A stretch of 64,000 nucleotides of DNA from Candidatus Poribacteria bacterium (GTDB lineage Bacteria; Poribacteria; WGA-4E; JAJDTR01), in contig OZ240209.1 in the NCBI GenBank assembly GCA_965197465.1, positions 4,288,958 through 4,352,957 of the forward strand, in the 5' to 3' direction. The notes beneath the pieces were generated by a model, which was not told where the DNA came from, did not search any database, and worked only from the letters and a program-made list of their open reading frames with translations. Below, piece by piece: positions 9,443 through 21,872 of the stretch. Each line of letters starts with the position of its first letter. Within the stretch, counting starts at the first letter, position 1. The position numbers and the translations under genes are program-made.

Positions 9443-12286
9443 TTACAAGATAGTATCTATGACGCCTTGGAACTGTTGCTCAAGAACCTTCCTCTGGTTG
9501 TCCATCTCTGATTTGGACGCAATCTTTGTTTCGAGGAGTTGATCGTATCTTTCAACATATTCCAATAAGGACTCCACTTCCTTGCCATAACAGACTGCTG
9601 TGGAAAGTACCTTTTCCTTAATCAATGTCGGAAGTTCATCCGCTGTAATTTGAGTGAGTTCCCAGCGCCACAGTTTCTCAGAGATATAATCTACAAATTG
9701 CTTCAGAGCTTCGCCCTTATAACCTGCATCCTGAAGGTTCTTCAACTCTTGAATCAAATCTAACACGACATCAAACGTAGCCGGTGAGTCCCCGTTCTCT
9801 GCGACGCTGGACGAAGCCTTTCTCAGATTCATCAAGAAACGACCAGTGGTGGAGATAGGCAACTGGTACTCAAGTAAAAACGCCCTCAGATTTGGATAAT
9901 CATCAGCCGATTTGATGTTTTCTAGCCAGGTTTTCTCTATGGGTGGCAGTTCCTGTAGATTGAAGTTCATCACCTGATGCCGCCGAATTTGGTCTAGCTG
10001 AGTAGATCGGGAATCAATGCCTGCCTCAACCAAGACCGGTGCCGCATTTGTATAAGGTGTCAGGAATTCGATAAGTTCAGCGATCTTTGGCTTTTCCTCC
10101 TCAATCCATTCAAGAGTTTCCGCCACGGATTCGGACAACGATGCCTTGGTTTTAGCTTGCCCCTTCTTCCTACCGGCCTGTTTTCTTTGGGCTTTGGGGC
10201 TTGCAATCCGCAAAGCGCGTTTTTCTAAAGTTCGCTGATAGTCGAGAAGTTCCTCTCGTAAGAAGCAGAACAGCGTGTCCCCATGGATTTCCAGTATTGA
10301 GGGTGTTGTTGTATCGCGCAGCCCCCGCCCACTCTTTGATAGAAGGGCGCGATCGAGATTTCGTTTCAGACCGTTAAGGTCTTTTTCGTCACGTATGATG
10401 ATTTGGCCGCTCAAAACCAAATCAATCAACCGTTTTGCTTCTAGCGGAATACTAAGATTAATGTCGCATAGAGGGCGAAAGCTCTGGGTAAGCAACTCTC
10501 TGATTTTTCCATCGGTCAGTATCATCCATAACGTTGCATAATATTGGTCAAGTGAGCTCCGTTCCTTTGGTGAATTCAAAATCCAGCGCCTAATGATGGG
10601 AAAGTTGTCTCTGAGCTGATTGACGAGGTGCCGGAATTCTTCGTCCGGAATTTCAAATCCGCTGAATTGGTCATCCTTTCTTCTTGAAGTTCGGCGTAAT
10701 CTACCACTCGATGTCGATTGTTTCGGCATCAATAGGGGATCTACCAAAGACTGAATGACGGTTTCAAACTGCTGACGGTGCTGGCTTGCGAAGTTAGCGA
10801 TTTGCAACAATTCTAACCAGAGAGTTCGCAGCCGCTCAATCTGCTTGGAATGCACCGAAGCATTCAGAGCAAAACGGTGAAGCCGTTCACGCACCGTCTT
10901 TTTCGTCCATGCAGGCAAATGGATTTCGTCAACCAGCTCGCCATTGTCAAGCACAAAGGCTTCTATCGTATGAATATAACCAGATTCTATGAAGTATTTC
11001 TCGAACAGAAGATCGTAGAGAATACTTGTCGCCCGGTCTAACACCTGATTCGCTAGTTTATATCCCGACAGAATGATACTTTTGAGCGTACTTTGACGTA
11101 GGTCGTAGATTTGCCACGACTCTATCATTGGGTCAATGCTATGCCTGAGTTCATCCCGCTTTCCATCTGCTATTTCTGAATCAAAATGTTCGCCGACGTA
11201 TTCACCGAAGAATTCGGTAAACTCGAGCATACGATTTCGTAGATCGTGATTGACAAGCTCATCCCAGACTTTATCATGAACACGCTGCCCTGGTTGGAGG
11301 ACAAGAGCTTGGAGTCGAGTCTCAATGCGTTGTTGAAATGCGGACATTATCTGGAATGCTTGTTGACTGGCTTTTGACACATAGCCATCAACCATTGATG
11401 AACATTCAGTGATAGCCTCGTTAATCTGCTCGGATGTTCCGTCTAGGGCAATTGGGACAAGCTGGATTACATCCTGCTGTAGCGGATCGTAGACTGCCGC
11501 TGTCGGGAAAACCTGGATTTCGGACGCGTCTTGCGCCGATTCAAAAGGCGAAATGTTTGATACAATGTCGTCCTGATCGGAATTTCCGCGCAGATACGCA
11601 TCCAGCGTCAAACAGTAGCCAATGTCAACAAGATCAGGGTAACGTTTAGCGTGCGTGCGAAACACAACTAGAAGCGCGTCATAGTTAGTCGCAGCAATTG
11701 ACTCGAACAGTTCATCCTCATTCAGATGTACCCGGTGGATATTCGTTTGTTCAGGGATAATGACTTTTGCCGTGGTTGAGGATCCGTCGGCAGAGTCTGT
11801 GAGGATGTAACTCCCCGTTTTGGCAGAACTTGGTACTGTCAACTCAACGTTCAAAACCTCTTGAGATAACTCAGATAGGGTCAGCGACTTGCCTAGGTGC
11901 TGAACTGTAATATCTGTCAGCACACCATCAGCAAAATCTACGACTTGGCGGGCATTACGTTCTAACTCTTGTACACTTTTCCGAACGCGTTCGTAATCGT
12001 CACTTGTCTCCGCAGCGATTTTTGCCTCGTCAACCCAAGATGCCCATGCTCCAGGGCGTCCCTTCATCTTTAGTCTAAGTTTGCCATCTTCGGAGTCAAA
12101 TCCAGGGAGAATCTGTCCTTCTGAAGAACTCTTGGGCGTCCATACAAGTAGGTACTTATCCGTTTTGGCGCCGAGTCCCACGCCGAAGGTGTCTCCCCAA
12201 TCCATCCGCCCTTCGACGCTTGATTTAATTTTCTCAGTTAAAGCGAAAAGTGAGTCAGAACGAAAATTAAGCGATAGGTCTTGCAT
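9443..12286 (-). CDS. Large hypothetical protein, 947 aa, helical/coiled-coil rich
   Basis: Long uninterrupted ORF; no recognisable motif. Confidence 0.8.
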   Translation of the reverse strand: MQDLSLNFRSDSLFALTEKIKSSVEGRMDWGDTFGVGLGAKTDKYLLVWTPKSSSEGQILPGFDSEDGKLRLKMKGRPGAWASWVDEAKIAAETSDDYERVRKSVQELERNARQVVDFADGVLTDITVQHLGKSLTLSELSQEVLNVELTVPSSAKTGSYILTDSADGSSTTAKVIIPEQTNIHRVHLNEDELFESIAATNYDALLVVFRTHAKRYPDLVDIGYCLTLDAYLRGNSDQDDIVSNISPFESAQDASEIQVFPTAAVYDPLQQDVIQLVPIALDGTSEQINEAITECSSMVDGYVSKASQQAFQIMSAFQQRIETRLQALVLQPGQRVHDKVWDELVNHDLRNRMLEFTEFFGEYVGEHFDSEIADGKRDELRHSIDPMIESWQIYDLRQSTLKSIILSGYKLANQVLDRATSILYDLLFEKYFIESGYIHTIEAFVLDNGELVDEIHLPAWTKKTVRERLHRFALNASVHSKQIERLRTLWLELLQIANFASQHRQQFETVIQSLVDPLLMPKQSTSSGRLRRTSRRKDDQFSGFEIPDEEFRHLVNQLRDNFPIIRRWILNSPKERSSLDQYYATLWMILTDGKIRELLTQSFRPLCDINLSIPLEAKRLIDLVLSGQIIIRDEKDLNGLKRNLDRALLSKSGRGLRDTTTPSILEIHGDTLFCFLREELLDYQRTLEKRALRIASPKAQRKQAGRKKGQAKTKASLSESVAETLEWIEEEKPKIAELIEFLTPYTNAAPVLVEAGIDSRSTQLDQIRRHQVMNFNLQELPPIEKTWLENIKSADDYPNLRAFLLEYQLPISTTGRFLMNLRKASSSVAENGDSPATFDVVLDLIQELKNLQDAGYKGEALKQFVDYISEKLWRWELTQITADELPTLIKEKVLSTAVCYGKEVESLLEYVERYDQLLETKIASKSEMDNQRKVLEQQFQGVIDTIL

Positions 12287-12444
12287 CTGGTTGTAGTAAT
12301 GTCAGTCCTCCATGCCTGACTGTGAGCACTATATTAGTTGTGAAGTCATAAAAAAAAGGCAATTCTTACCCCATATCTTTATGACAACATGGGAAATCCT
12401 TGCCTGAGAAAAACCTACAAAGTAGACGTTTAGTCGGAATTCTA

Positions 12445-12993
12445 TTAAGAATTAACGCTCAACCCAGGTTGAGGGATATCATTATTTGCCACTAACTTGT
12501 CTCGATCAAATATGAAATCGCTACGCGAGCGTCCCAATATTTCACCGTCTTTCTGCTGTTCTCTGAAGTATTGCGGCAAAGTAATGCCTGTCATCTGAAT
12601 GGCATCTTCCGGGCATGCTTCCACACAGTACCCGCAAAAGATGCAACGCAGCATATTGATTTCGAAAACATCCGGATACTTCTCGCGTTGGAAACCTTCC
12701 TTAGTTTCCCATCCCTCCGGGGCAGGAGCGGCCTTAATTGTAATGCAATCAGCAGGACAAGCCGTCGCACACAGGAAACAAGCTACACACTTAATATGTT
12801 CCTGCGCATCGGTTGTGAGTTTATGGATACCACGATAGCGCTCATTTCGCTCATTCACGCTCCGCGGATCTTCCGGGTACTGACATGTGAACTTCTTCAT
12901 CGGAATGTGTTTCAGGGTTGTAAGCATTCCCTTGACAAGCGCCGGGATATAGAGCTTGTCCCAAAACGACATTTCTTCATTAACTTTCTTCAT
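12445..12993 (-). CDS. nuoI: NADH-quinone oxidoreductase subunit I
   Basis: Two CxxCxxCxxxCP clusters, QYPE...RYRG and RCIFCGYCVEACP. Confidence 0.93.
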   Translation of the reverse strand: MKKVNEEMSFWDKLYIPALVKGMLTTLKHIPMKKFTCQYPEDPRSVNERNERYRGIHKLTTDAQEHIKCVACFLCATACPADCITIKAAPAPEGWETKEGFQREKYPDVFEINMLRCIFCGYCVEACPEDAIQMTGITLPQYFREQQKDGEILGRSRSDFIFDRDKLVANNDIPQPGLSVNS

Positions 12994-13467
12994 AACAAAT
13001 TATAATTGCACCTTCCTCAAGAATAATTCTGCACATCCCACACAAAACTCGCTCTCGCCAAGGAAGTTTCATCTGTACTGTCGTAGCGCCACCGAACCGT
13101 ACAAACCTCCAATACGTCTCTTGCGTACAGTGATGGTAGCACGATTGTGCATTTATGTCAAGCATTACATGACCGAAGTCCAGGGCAATCGCACCTGATT
13201 CCAGGCAATATGCAGTCATCAATCGCCGATTTCCCCTCTTCCAAGCGTTGTTCCCTTCCTCTTTCTCTCTTTGTAGGGAATACCGATCGTTATTCCCTAC
13301 TTCAACTTCAACAAAAAAGCCCCGGAGTGAAATCGACAATCATCAAATCTTCTCCCCTTCTCTTTTCATTGCTCGTCCAGCCGAGACCGAGGTAGAGACA
13401 CCTCTACAACCAAAAATTAGATGCGGTTGCCCTAAGCTGAGCTTTCATGACTCCGTTTCCACAGAGG

Positions 13468-14982
<1,515 letters not shown>

Positions 14983-15178
14983 TCAACATGGGCGATTTGC
15001 GTAAAGTGGGGGCGGGTAAATCCAGTTGATTTGGAGACACAAGTCGGTCTACTATTTTTTCAATACGAGATGACTTTTCGCTTGGTAAACGCTATGTGGA
15101 TTTACGAAATGAACAGCTAGGCAAATCCATAAGGCGGTCTGAGAGGTAAGAACAACCAGTTGCTTCATTTAGGTTAAA

Positions 15179-15208
15179 ATAATATCACATCTCCGAGCGT
15201 ATTGTCAA
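15179..15208 (-). promoter_or_regulatory. sigma70-type promoter for guaB
   Basis: TTGACA-18 nt-TATTAT with extended TG on the minus strand. Confidence 0.5.
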
Positions 15209-15419
15209 AGAAAAGGAAAGAATCTTGCACTCGTTAGGAAGTCATCACCGGGCGAACAAGGAGTGCTGGAAATGCCATGCCGGAACTCCACAGAAATCCC
15301 AGACCTTCCAAAATGTGGTGAGTTATGGTATAATTCACCAGGGTGTGGAGTTTAGGGATTCTCCCGCCAAGGAAATGCTCCTTTCCGTCGATTCAAAAAA
15401 TCAACGTGAACTAACCACA

Positions 15420-15520
15420 GTAGTAGGCATACTCCGTATGCCGTAACTATTGTGCAAATTGCGACACGGCGGAGCTTGTCTACTGCATTTTGTGGACGGC
15501 ACGCGGAGCGTGCCTACTAC
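15420..15520. repeat. Cluster of GTAGTAGGCA(C/T)-type REP hairpins
   Basis: GTAGTAGGCATACTCCGTATGCCGT plus two inverted copies; same family at 44180-44204 and 52490-52514. Confidence 0.75.
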
Positions 15521-15525
15521 TCTTA

Positions 15526-16287
15526 ATGATTACGACTTCTGAACTCACCAAGAGATTCGGCAAACTCGCTGCCGTGGATCGCTTGACGATGGAAATTGAA
15601 TCGGGCGAACTTTTCGGGTTCTTAGGCCCGAATGGAGCAGGAAAGACCACCACGATTAACATGCTCACCGGCTTGATTCGGCCAACCTCCGGAGTCGCGA
15701 CAATCTGCGGTTATGATGTTCAAACTCAGTCACTGCAGGCAAAATCAATTACCGGGCTAATGCCTGACACGCCACAGCTATACGAGACCTTGACCGGCCG
15801 ACAGTTTGTTCGTTTAATCGCGGATCTTTACGAAGTCGATCCAAAGCAATCTGAAAAACGCATGGAGAACATGCTCGAAATGTTTGACTTGAGAGGTGCG
15901 GGCGACGATCTCATCAAGAGTTATTCGTACGGGATGCAAAAGAAAATCCTTATGGTAGCAGTGCTAGTACATGCACCCCGCGTTCTTTTCTTGGACGAAC
16001 CCACAAGTGGTCTTGACCCCAAGAGCGCCCGTGCAGTAAAGGAGATACTACGTGAACAATGCGACCTAGGTTGCACGGTGTTCATGACAACACACATTCT
16101 CGAAATCGCCGAGCGAGTTTGTGACCGAATCGGCATCATCAATAAAGGCAGATTGGTTGCTGTTGGAACCATGAGCGAATTGCGCAAACACAGTACCACT
16201 TCTAATCTGAGTCTTGAAGATATTTTTCTCGACCTCACCGACGATGCTGAATATAACAAGATTGAGAAAGGAGAGGGGTTGTCATAG
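15526..16287 (+). CDS. ABC transporter ATP-binding protein
   Basis: GPNGAGKT Walker A, YSYGM signature, LDEPTSGLD. Confidence 0.95.
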   Translation: MITTSELTKRFGKLAAVDRLTMEIESGELFGFLGPNGAGKTTTINMLTGLIRPTSGVATICGYDVQTQSLQAKSITGLMPDTPQLYETLTGRQFVRLIADLYEVDPKQSEKRMENMLEMFDLRGAGDDLIKSYSYGMQKKILMVAVLVHAPRVLFLDEPTSGLDPKSARAVKEILREQCDLGCTVFMTTHILEIAERVCDRIGIINKGRLVAVGTMSELRKHSTTSNLSLEDIFLDLTDDAEYNKIEKGEGLS

Positions 16288-16395
16288 TTCTTTTCGTGTC
16301 GATCGGTTTGAACGTGTACAACTAAAATTGGGGGAATTACGCTTCCAGTCGTTCAAGAACAGTGCTCCCAGATTTCTCTTAGACCAAACTGAAGA

Positions 16396-18012
16396 ATGCC
16401 TGAGTCCTTCTCGCTTCAAAATCCCGGTATATACACGTTCAGAATCTTATTGGGCGCTAGCTGGCAGCGCTGGTTGAATGGTATTCGATTTCGCGCGGAA
16501 GTCAAGCGAAAGCGCCTGATCGAAGTGATTGGATTTGCGATATTTATTGCAGCATTGTACTTGATGGGGCATGCCATTCTGAGCGAACTGAGCCGTCCCA
16601 ATCCCGAAATAGTATTGAGAGTAATCAGTGCGTTCATGGCGCTTGGCGTTTTTGTGCTGGCAAAGGACGCCATGGAAAAGACGTTAAAACTTCTGTATGA
16701 AGCCCCGGAGACCTCTCTGCTCTTGTCACTCCCCTTGTCGCCTTTAACCGTATTTGGATACAAGCTGACTGAGTTGATTGCTGCCAATCTATTCGGCATG
16801 GTAGTCTGGTTGATTCCGCCGTGGATTGCGTTTGGACAGTTGTTCCATCTGCCGTGGCATTTCTATCTTGCTCTCATCCCAGCGTGTTGTTGTCTGCACA
16901 TCATCATAATTAGTCAGGTCACAATGGGGATGATGATCCTCACCCGTTATTTCTCCTCCCGCGGTATGATCAGGGGCATCAAGATTATTGGTGTGTTGAT
17001 AGGGGTGTCTGCCGGGTTTCTGATGTCTGCAAGTTTTCTAGCGTTGGATCGAGCTGATCAAATCACACAATTCCTCCTCAATCAATTCAATGCTCCTGCT
17101 TCAAGCTGGTATCCTCACGCTTGGGCTGCCAACCTATTGATGGGCTGGCTTCCCAACGCCGACCTTGAATTGTGGCGGTGGGGCGGGCTGCTTCTCGGCG
17201 GAAGCGTCGGTTTACCGGTTCTCGCAGCGCTGTTAGCTTCAAAGATTTACGTACGAAGCTGGGAATGTGCGAAACATGTGGAAGTAATGCCCAAGCGGGG
17301 AGTTAATATATCGAGGCGATTTTTCCCCTTGGGCAGAGGAAGGCTCCGTTCGATGATGGCGAAGGATTTCTTGGTCTTTATCAAGCATCGGGGCTGGTTA
17401 ACTATGATAATAATGCTAACGCTGGTCCTACTGGTAACATTGATTGTTTCAACTTATGATTTACGGCAGAGCGGTATCCGTCATCAAAGTTTCAATGTCC
17501 CATTATTAAGGCTTAGTACTCAAGCGATGCTTTACAGCGCAATGATTACGCTCGGGCTTACGTGGGCTGGATTTAAAAATGAAGGGAAGACATGGTGGTT
17601 GTTAAAGTCAATTCCAACTTCCGCTGCCCTACTCTTTCATAGTAGGTTCCTCGTTGCTACCTTCTGTGCTACAATCTATGCGAATTCTTGGATTCTTTTG
17701 GGATTAATCTTGTTTAAGCCCCCGTTAGGTTTGTGGTTGTCGACTTTGGCTGCAACAACCTTGGTTACAGCTACTTCCGCTGCATTCAACACCGCCCTCG
17801 GAGCGTTGCCCTGGGTCGCAGAGACCGAAACGGCAAACAGTGGAGTAGCAAAAAAGCCGATTCTCCGCATCCTTACCATGACGGGAGGAATCATCGCCAA
17901 TGTGACGTTTGTCGTCATATCGGCAACTACTACTAAGTTCGTAATCTTGGTCCTCGTTTGGGTGGGGTCATATTTCGCTGGAAAAGAAATCCTGAGAAGG
18001 CTGTTGGCATAG
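16396..18012 (+). CDS. Putative ABC exporter permease
   Basis: Many hydrophobic helices, FKNEGKTWWLLKSIP motif, adjacent to the ATPase. Confidence 0.8.
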   Translation: MPESFSLQNPGIYTFRILLGASWQRWLNGIRFRAEVKRKRLIEVIGFAIFIAALYLMGHAILSELSRPNPEIVLRVISAFMALGVFVLAKDAMEKTLKLLYEAPETSLLLSLPLSPLTVFGYKLTELIAANLFGMVVWLIPPWIAFGQLFHLPWHFYLALIPACCCLHIIIISQVTMGMMILTRYFSSRGMIRGIKIIGVLIGVSAGFLMSASFLALDRADQITQFLLNQFNAPASSWYPHAWAANLLMGWLPNADLELWRWGGLLLGGSVGLPVLAALLASKIYVRSWECAKHVEVMPKRGVNISRRFFPLGRGRLRSMMAKDFLVFIKHRGWLTMIIMLTLVLLVTLIVSTYDLRQSGIRHQSFNVPLLRLSTQAMLYSAMITLGLTWAGFKNEGKTWWLLKSIPTSAALLFHSRFLVATFCATIYANSWILLGLILFKPPLGLWLSTLAATTLVTATSAAFNTALGALPWVAETETANSGVAKKPILRILTMTGGIIANVTFVVISATTTKFVILVLVWVGSYFAGKEILRRLLA

Positions 18013-18172
18013 ATAGGCAAGCAATGGGGGGACCATTGAGAACTAGCCTATCAGGATTAACACGTTGCTGTAACACTGCTAGACACCTCCTCAACCTACA
18101 TCTTGATACCTTGCGGCAAGAATTTGAGGCCTTGCTAAATTGAAAGGTAAACAGTTCCGTCTTGGAGGTAAT

Positions 18173-18694
18173 ATGCTTATAGATTTTGAAGGATTATCGC
18201 CGAAAATTCATCCTACTGTCTTCATTGCTCCCGGCGCAATGATTATCGGCGATGTCACTATCGGTGAAGATTCGGGGGTTTGGTTCAATTGTGTTCTACG
18301 GGCGGATATCGATAGAATCGAGATTGGAAAGCGATCGAACGTTCAGGACGGTACAGTCATTCATCTGGACACAGGCATTCCCACTATCATTGGCGACGAT
18401 GTTACAATCGGCCACGCAGCCATTATCCATGCCTGCACTATCGGTGACGCGGCATTGATTGGTATGGGCGCGATTGTCCTCTCCGGCGCAGAAATCGGTG
18501 AGGAAGCAATTGTCGCCGCGGGGACGCTCGTCCGCGAGGGGCAGGAAATCCCGCCACGCTCGGTAGCTATGGGCGTGCCCGCGCAAATCAGACGAGAAGT
18601 GACCGAGGAAGATCTCAAACGCATGCGAGATAATGCCGAGGGGTATGCCCGTCGCGGAGCAATCATGCGAAAAACGATTGCGGACACACAATAA
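18173..18694 (+). CDS. Gamma-class carbonic anhydrase family protein
   Basis: Hexapeptide repeats, NVQDGTVIH and TIGHAAIIHAC; GGAGG RBS. Confidence 0.92.
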   Translation: MLIDFEGLSPKIHPTVFIAPGAMIIGDVTIGEDSGVWFNCVLRADIDRIEIGKRSNVQDGTVIHLDTGIPTIIGDDVTIGHAAIIHACTIGDAALIGMGAIVLSGAEIGEEAIVAAGTLVREGQEIPPRSVAMGVPAQIRREVTEEDLKRMRDNAEGYARRGAIMRKTIADTQ

Positions 18695-18814
18695 AACCAC
18701 GGCGCGCCGGCCGCTCCTGTTGGATTGACAAATTCGGCAGATCTAATCTGCTGAACGTGTATATATTTTATATTTAAACCTGCTTGTCGCGTTAACTCAA
18801 ACAAGACATTACAG

Positions 18815-19126
18815 ATGATGCTTGACCTAAATGCAAATCTCCCAATGACGCTTGACGAAATACCCGAATCTGAACAACAAGCGTTACTAGAAAAAGTTGC
18901 GACACAGATTGTGAAGCGGCGATTGACTGTGCCTGCCATCATCGCTCTTGAAATTTGTAAACCCCTTAACTTTCTGGGTAGTCAAGCCCTTATAGCCTTC
19001 AATCCCTTTGTTCACTCAATCTTTAACTCAGCCGACTACCAGAAGTTTGCATTAATCATCGAAAAAGACGCGAACGTCGAATCCCTAATCAAACTAATTG
19101 AAGATCTAGACAAAGAGGAGAGATGA
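18815..19126 (+). CDS. Hypothetical protein coupled to the GlmL-like gene
   Basis: ORF stop overlaps the next ATG (ATGA). Confidence 0.75.
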   Translation: MMLDLNANLPMTLDEIPESEQQALLEKVATQIVKRRLTVPAIIALEICKPLNFLGSQALIAFNPFVHSIFNSADYQKFALIIEKDANVESLIKLIEDLDKEER

Positions 19127-20994
19127 GGAAAAATAGTGTGTCAGAAACGGTAAATTCCTCCGAAGATATTAAGACATCGTCGGGCGTAACAAAGGAGATT
19201 CGCTCAATTATTGCGACAGATTGCGGCAGCACGACGACGAAGGCAATCCTAATCGAAAAACGGGATGATGAATATCGGCTTATCATTCGTGGTGAAGCGC
19301 CGACGACTGTTGAAGCGCCTGTTGAAGACGTTACCGCCGGGGTGATTAACGCAATCACGGAGGTTGAAGAACTCGCTGGACGCCGGCTCTTGGATGACGG
19401 GCAAATCATCAAACCACAGCAAAATGACACTGGGGTCGATCTGTATATCTCAACCAGTAGTGCTGGCGGAGGGTTGCAGATGATGGTCGCAGGCGTCGTC
19501 CGAAATCTCACCGCGGAAAGTGCAGAACGTGCGGCGCTCGGTGCCGGCGCGATTGTGATGGACGTAATCGCTTCGAACGATAAGCGTCTGCCTCACGAAA
19601 AGATTGAGCGCATTCGAGCCCTCCGTCCGGATATGATACTCTTGTCGGGCGGCGTTGATGGAGGCACGACCTCTCACGTCACCGAACTCGCAGAAATCAT
19701 CGCGGCTGCCAACCCGACCGCACGCTTAGGAATCGGTTACGAGTTGCCCGTCATCTACGCGGGGAACAAGGACGCTAGCAACCTTATTGCTGAGGAACTT
19801 GAGGGAAAGATGTCGCTAGAGATTGTAGACAATTTGCGCCCGGTGTTGGAACACGAAAACCTGATGCCTACTCGTCTGAAGATTCAGGATCAGTTTCTGG
19901 AGCATGTTATGGCGCATGCGCCCGGATATGGGAAGTTGATTGACTGGACAGATGCACCGATTATGCCGACGCCGGGCGCCGTAGGTGCGATTATGCAAGC
20001 GGTTGCGGACCAACAGAAGATTCAGGTCGTTGGTGTTGACATCGGCGGCGCAACAACGGACGTGTTCTCCGTCTTTAAGAATCGCGAAGGCCAATCGACG
20101 TTTAATCGAACCGTGAGCGCCAACCTCGGAATGAGCTACAGCATTTCCAATGTGCTTGCCGAGGCAGGACTGGAACGCATCCTGCGATGGGTGCCGTTCG
20201 AAATCGATCAAGCCGACCTGCGCAACCGAATCAGGAACAAGACCATCCGTCCAACGACCATTCCACAAACCCTTCAGGAATTGATCGTTGAGCAGGCAAT
20301 TGCCCGCGAGGCTCTGCGCCTAGCCTTTGAACAACACAAGCAACTTGCTGTTGAGTTGCGTGGTACACAGCAACAGCGTACAATTTCGGAAGCCTTCGCT
20401 CAATCCGAAGGCGGGGGAACGCTTGTAGATATGTTTGGGTTGGACATGATTGTCGGCAGCGGCGGTGTACTTTCGCACGCCCCTCGACGGCAGCAAGCTA
20501 TGCTAATGATGATTGATGCTTTTCAGCCGGAAGGAATCACCCGCCTCGCTGTCGATAGTATCTTTATGATGCCGCAACTCGGTGTCCTCGCGCAGGTCAA
20601 TCAGGAGGCAGCGACGCAGGTGTTTGAACGTGATTGTCTTGTCCATCTAGGCACCTGTATCGCTCCCGTAGGAGCCGCAAAGCCTGGAGAGACCTGTCTC
20701 TCAATCAGCGTGGAACAATCAGAAAAAGAGACCATTATTGAAGATGTGCCATTCGGTCAATTACGGTTGTATTCGCTCGGGGTTGGACAAAATGCGAAGG
20801 TTAGCCTTCAGCCAGACCGTCGTTTCGACGTGGGCGCCGATCGTGGACATCCTGTGGAGACAGAGGTGACCGGGGGTGTAGTAGGTTTGGTCGTGGATAC
20901 ACGAGGACGTCCATTCGAGGTTTCGCCCGACCCCAAACTGCGCGTTGCCGACCTCAAGAAATGGACGGAGGCGCTGGAGGTGTATAATCTCTAG
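19123..20994 (+). CDS. Glutamate mutase L (GlmL/MutL-type) ASKHA ATPase
   Basis: DCGSTTTK, SSAGGGL, LLSGGVDGG, MPTPGAV and VDIGGATTDVFS motifs. Confidence 0.85.
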   Translation: MRKNSVSETVNSSEDIKTSSGVTKEIRSIIATDCGSTTTKAILIEKRDDEYRLIIRGEAPTTVEAPVEDVTAGVINAITEVEELAGRRLLDDGQIIKPQQNDTGVDLYISTSSAGGGLQMMVAGVVRNLTAESAERAALGAGAIVMDVIASNDKRLPHEKIERIRALRPDMILLSGGVDGGTTSHVTELAEIIAAANPTARLGIGYELPVIYAGNKDASNLIAEELEGKMSLEIVDNLRPVLEHENLMPTRLKIQDQFLEHVMAHAPGYGKLIDWTDAPIMPTPGAVGAIMQAVADQQKIQVVGVDIGGATTDVFSVFKNREGQSTFNRTVSANLGMSYSISNVLAEAGLERILRWVPFEIDQADLRNRIRNKTIRPTTIPQTLQELIVEQAIAREALRLAFEQHKQLAVELRGTQQQRTISEAFAQSEGGGTLVDMFGLDMIVGSGGVLSHAPRRQQAMLMMIDAFQPEGITRLAVDSIFMMPQLGVLAQVNQEAATQVFERDCLVHLGTCIAPVGAAKPGETCLSISVEQSEKETIIEDVPFGQLRLYSLGVGQNAKVSLQPDRRFDVGADRGHPVETEVTGGVVGLVVDTRGRPFEVSPDPKLRVADLKKWTEALEVYNL

Positions 20995-21025
20995 GTGCGT
21001 TTAGGAGTCTGTGGTTCCGTCTGCC

Positions 21026-21610
21026 TTAAGGATGCGACGGCAATTGAATCGCCCCGCAGCCGATTCTCGCCCCGGCATTACCCGACGGTTGTGAGGTAAA
21101 ATCGTCCGCGCCCGCATGGACGATAATGCCTCGTCCAACGACATCCACGTTGGAGCCGGTACCAATCTCCCAAAGGCTTGTCGTCAACTTAATACTGCCG
21201 GTCCCATCCTCGCCGACGTTGATATTTCCGATGTCTCCAAGATGGAACTCGCCTTCGCCCCACACTCCGTGTGCAACACCGGTGGGATTCCAATGGCCGC
21301 CAGTCGACTTTCCGTCCGGGGAGCTGCAATCACCGAATTCATGGATATGAACGGCGTGAAGCCCCGGAGACACGTTGTTGATCTCAACGAGGAGCGAAAT
21401 TTGATCGCCGGTCTGGTTGAAAGTTGCTGTCCCGGTCACGTTACTTCCGCTCGTCGGTCCTATTATCGCAACCGCCTGTTGAGAAGAAGGAACATCGGCT
21501 CCCTGAAATGCATCTTGAAGTAAACTGCAACTCGCCAAACCCATAACGATTCCAACTAACAGCAGTGGAAACCAGTACCTAACATTGTACGCGTTTAAAG
21601 TCTTTTTCAT
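21026..21610 (-). CDS. sodC: Cu/Zn superoxide dismutase, lipoprotein
   Basis: HAVHIHE, GGHWNP, HLGDIGN, IVHAGADD and GARIGCG motifs; lipobox LASC. Confidence 0.93.
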   Translation of the reverse strand: MKKTLNAYNVRYWFPLLLVGIVMGLASCSLLQDAFQGADVPSSQQAVAIIGPTSGSNVTGTATFNQTGDQISLLVEINNVSPGLHAVHIHEFGDCSSPDGKSTGGHWNPTGVAHGVWGEGEFHLGDIGNINVGEDGTGSIKLTTSLWEIGTGSNVDVVGRGIIVHAGADDFTSQPSGNAGARIGCGAIQLPSHP

Positions 21611-21872
21611 TGCTAAATCCTCCGAGTCTAAGTAAAATTGGGACGCTTGAATGCCGCTTTCCCAGTAAAATTCATTGTAAGGATCAGGCTTACCAAGGCA
21701 ATGACTTGAGTTTAACACAAGGAATATGGAATATCAACTCCAATGCACGGAGTTTCATTATCCTTGAGTTTGTCCGAAGTTGCGCCCCCATTAGACCAAC
21801 TGAACTTCTGATCCGCAACCTTGCTAATGCTTCGGTAACCGCATTCCGCTTTCCTTGAAGGAGAAGTTAACA

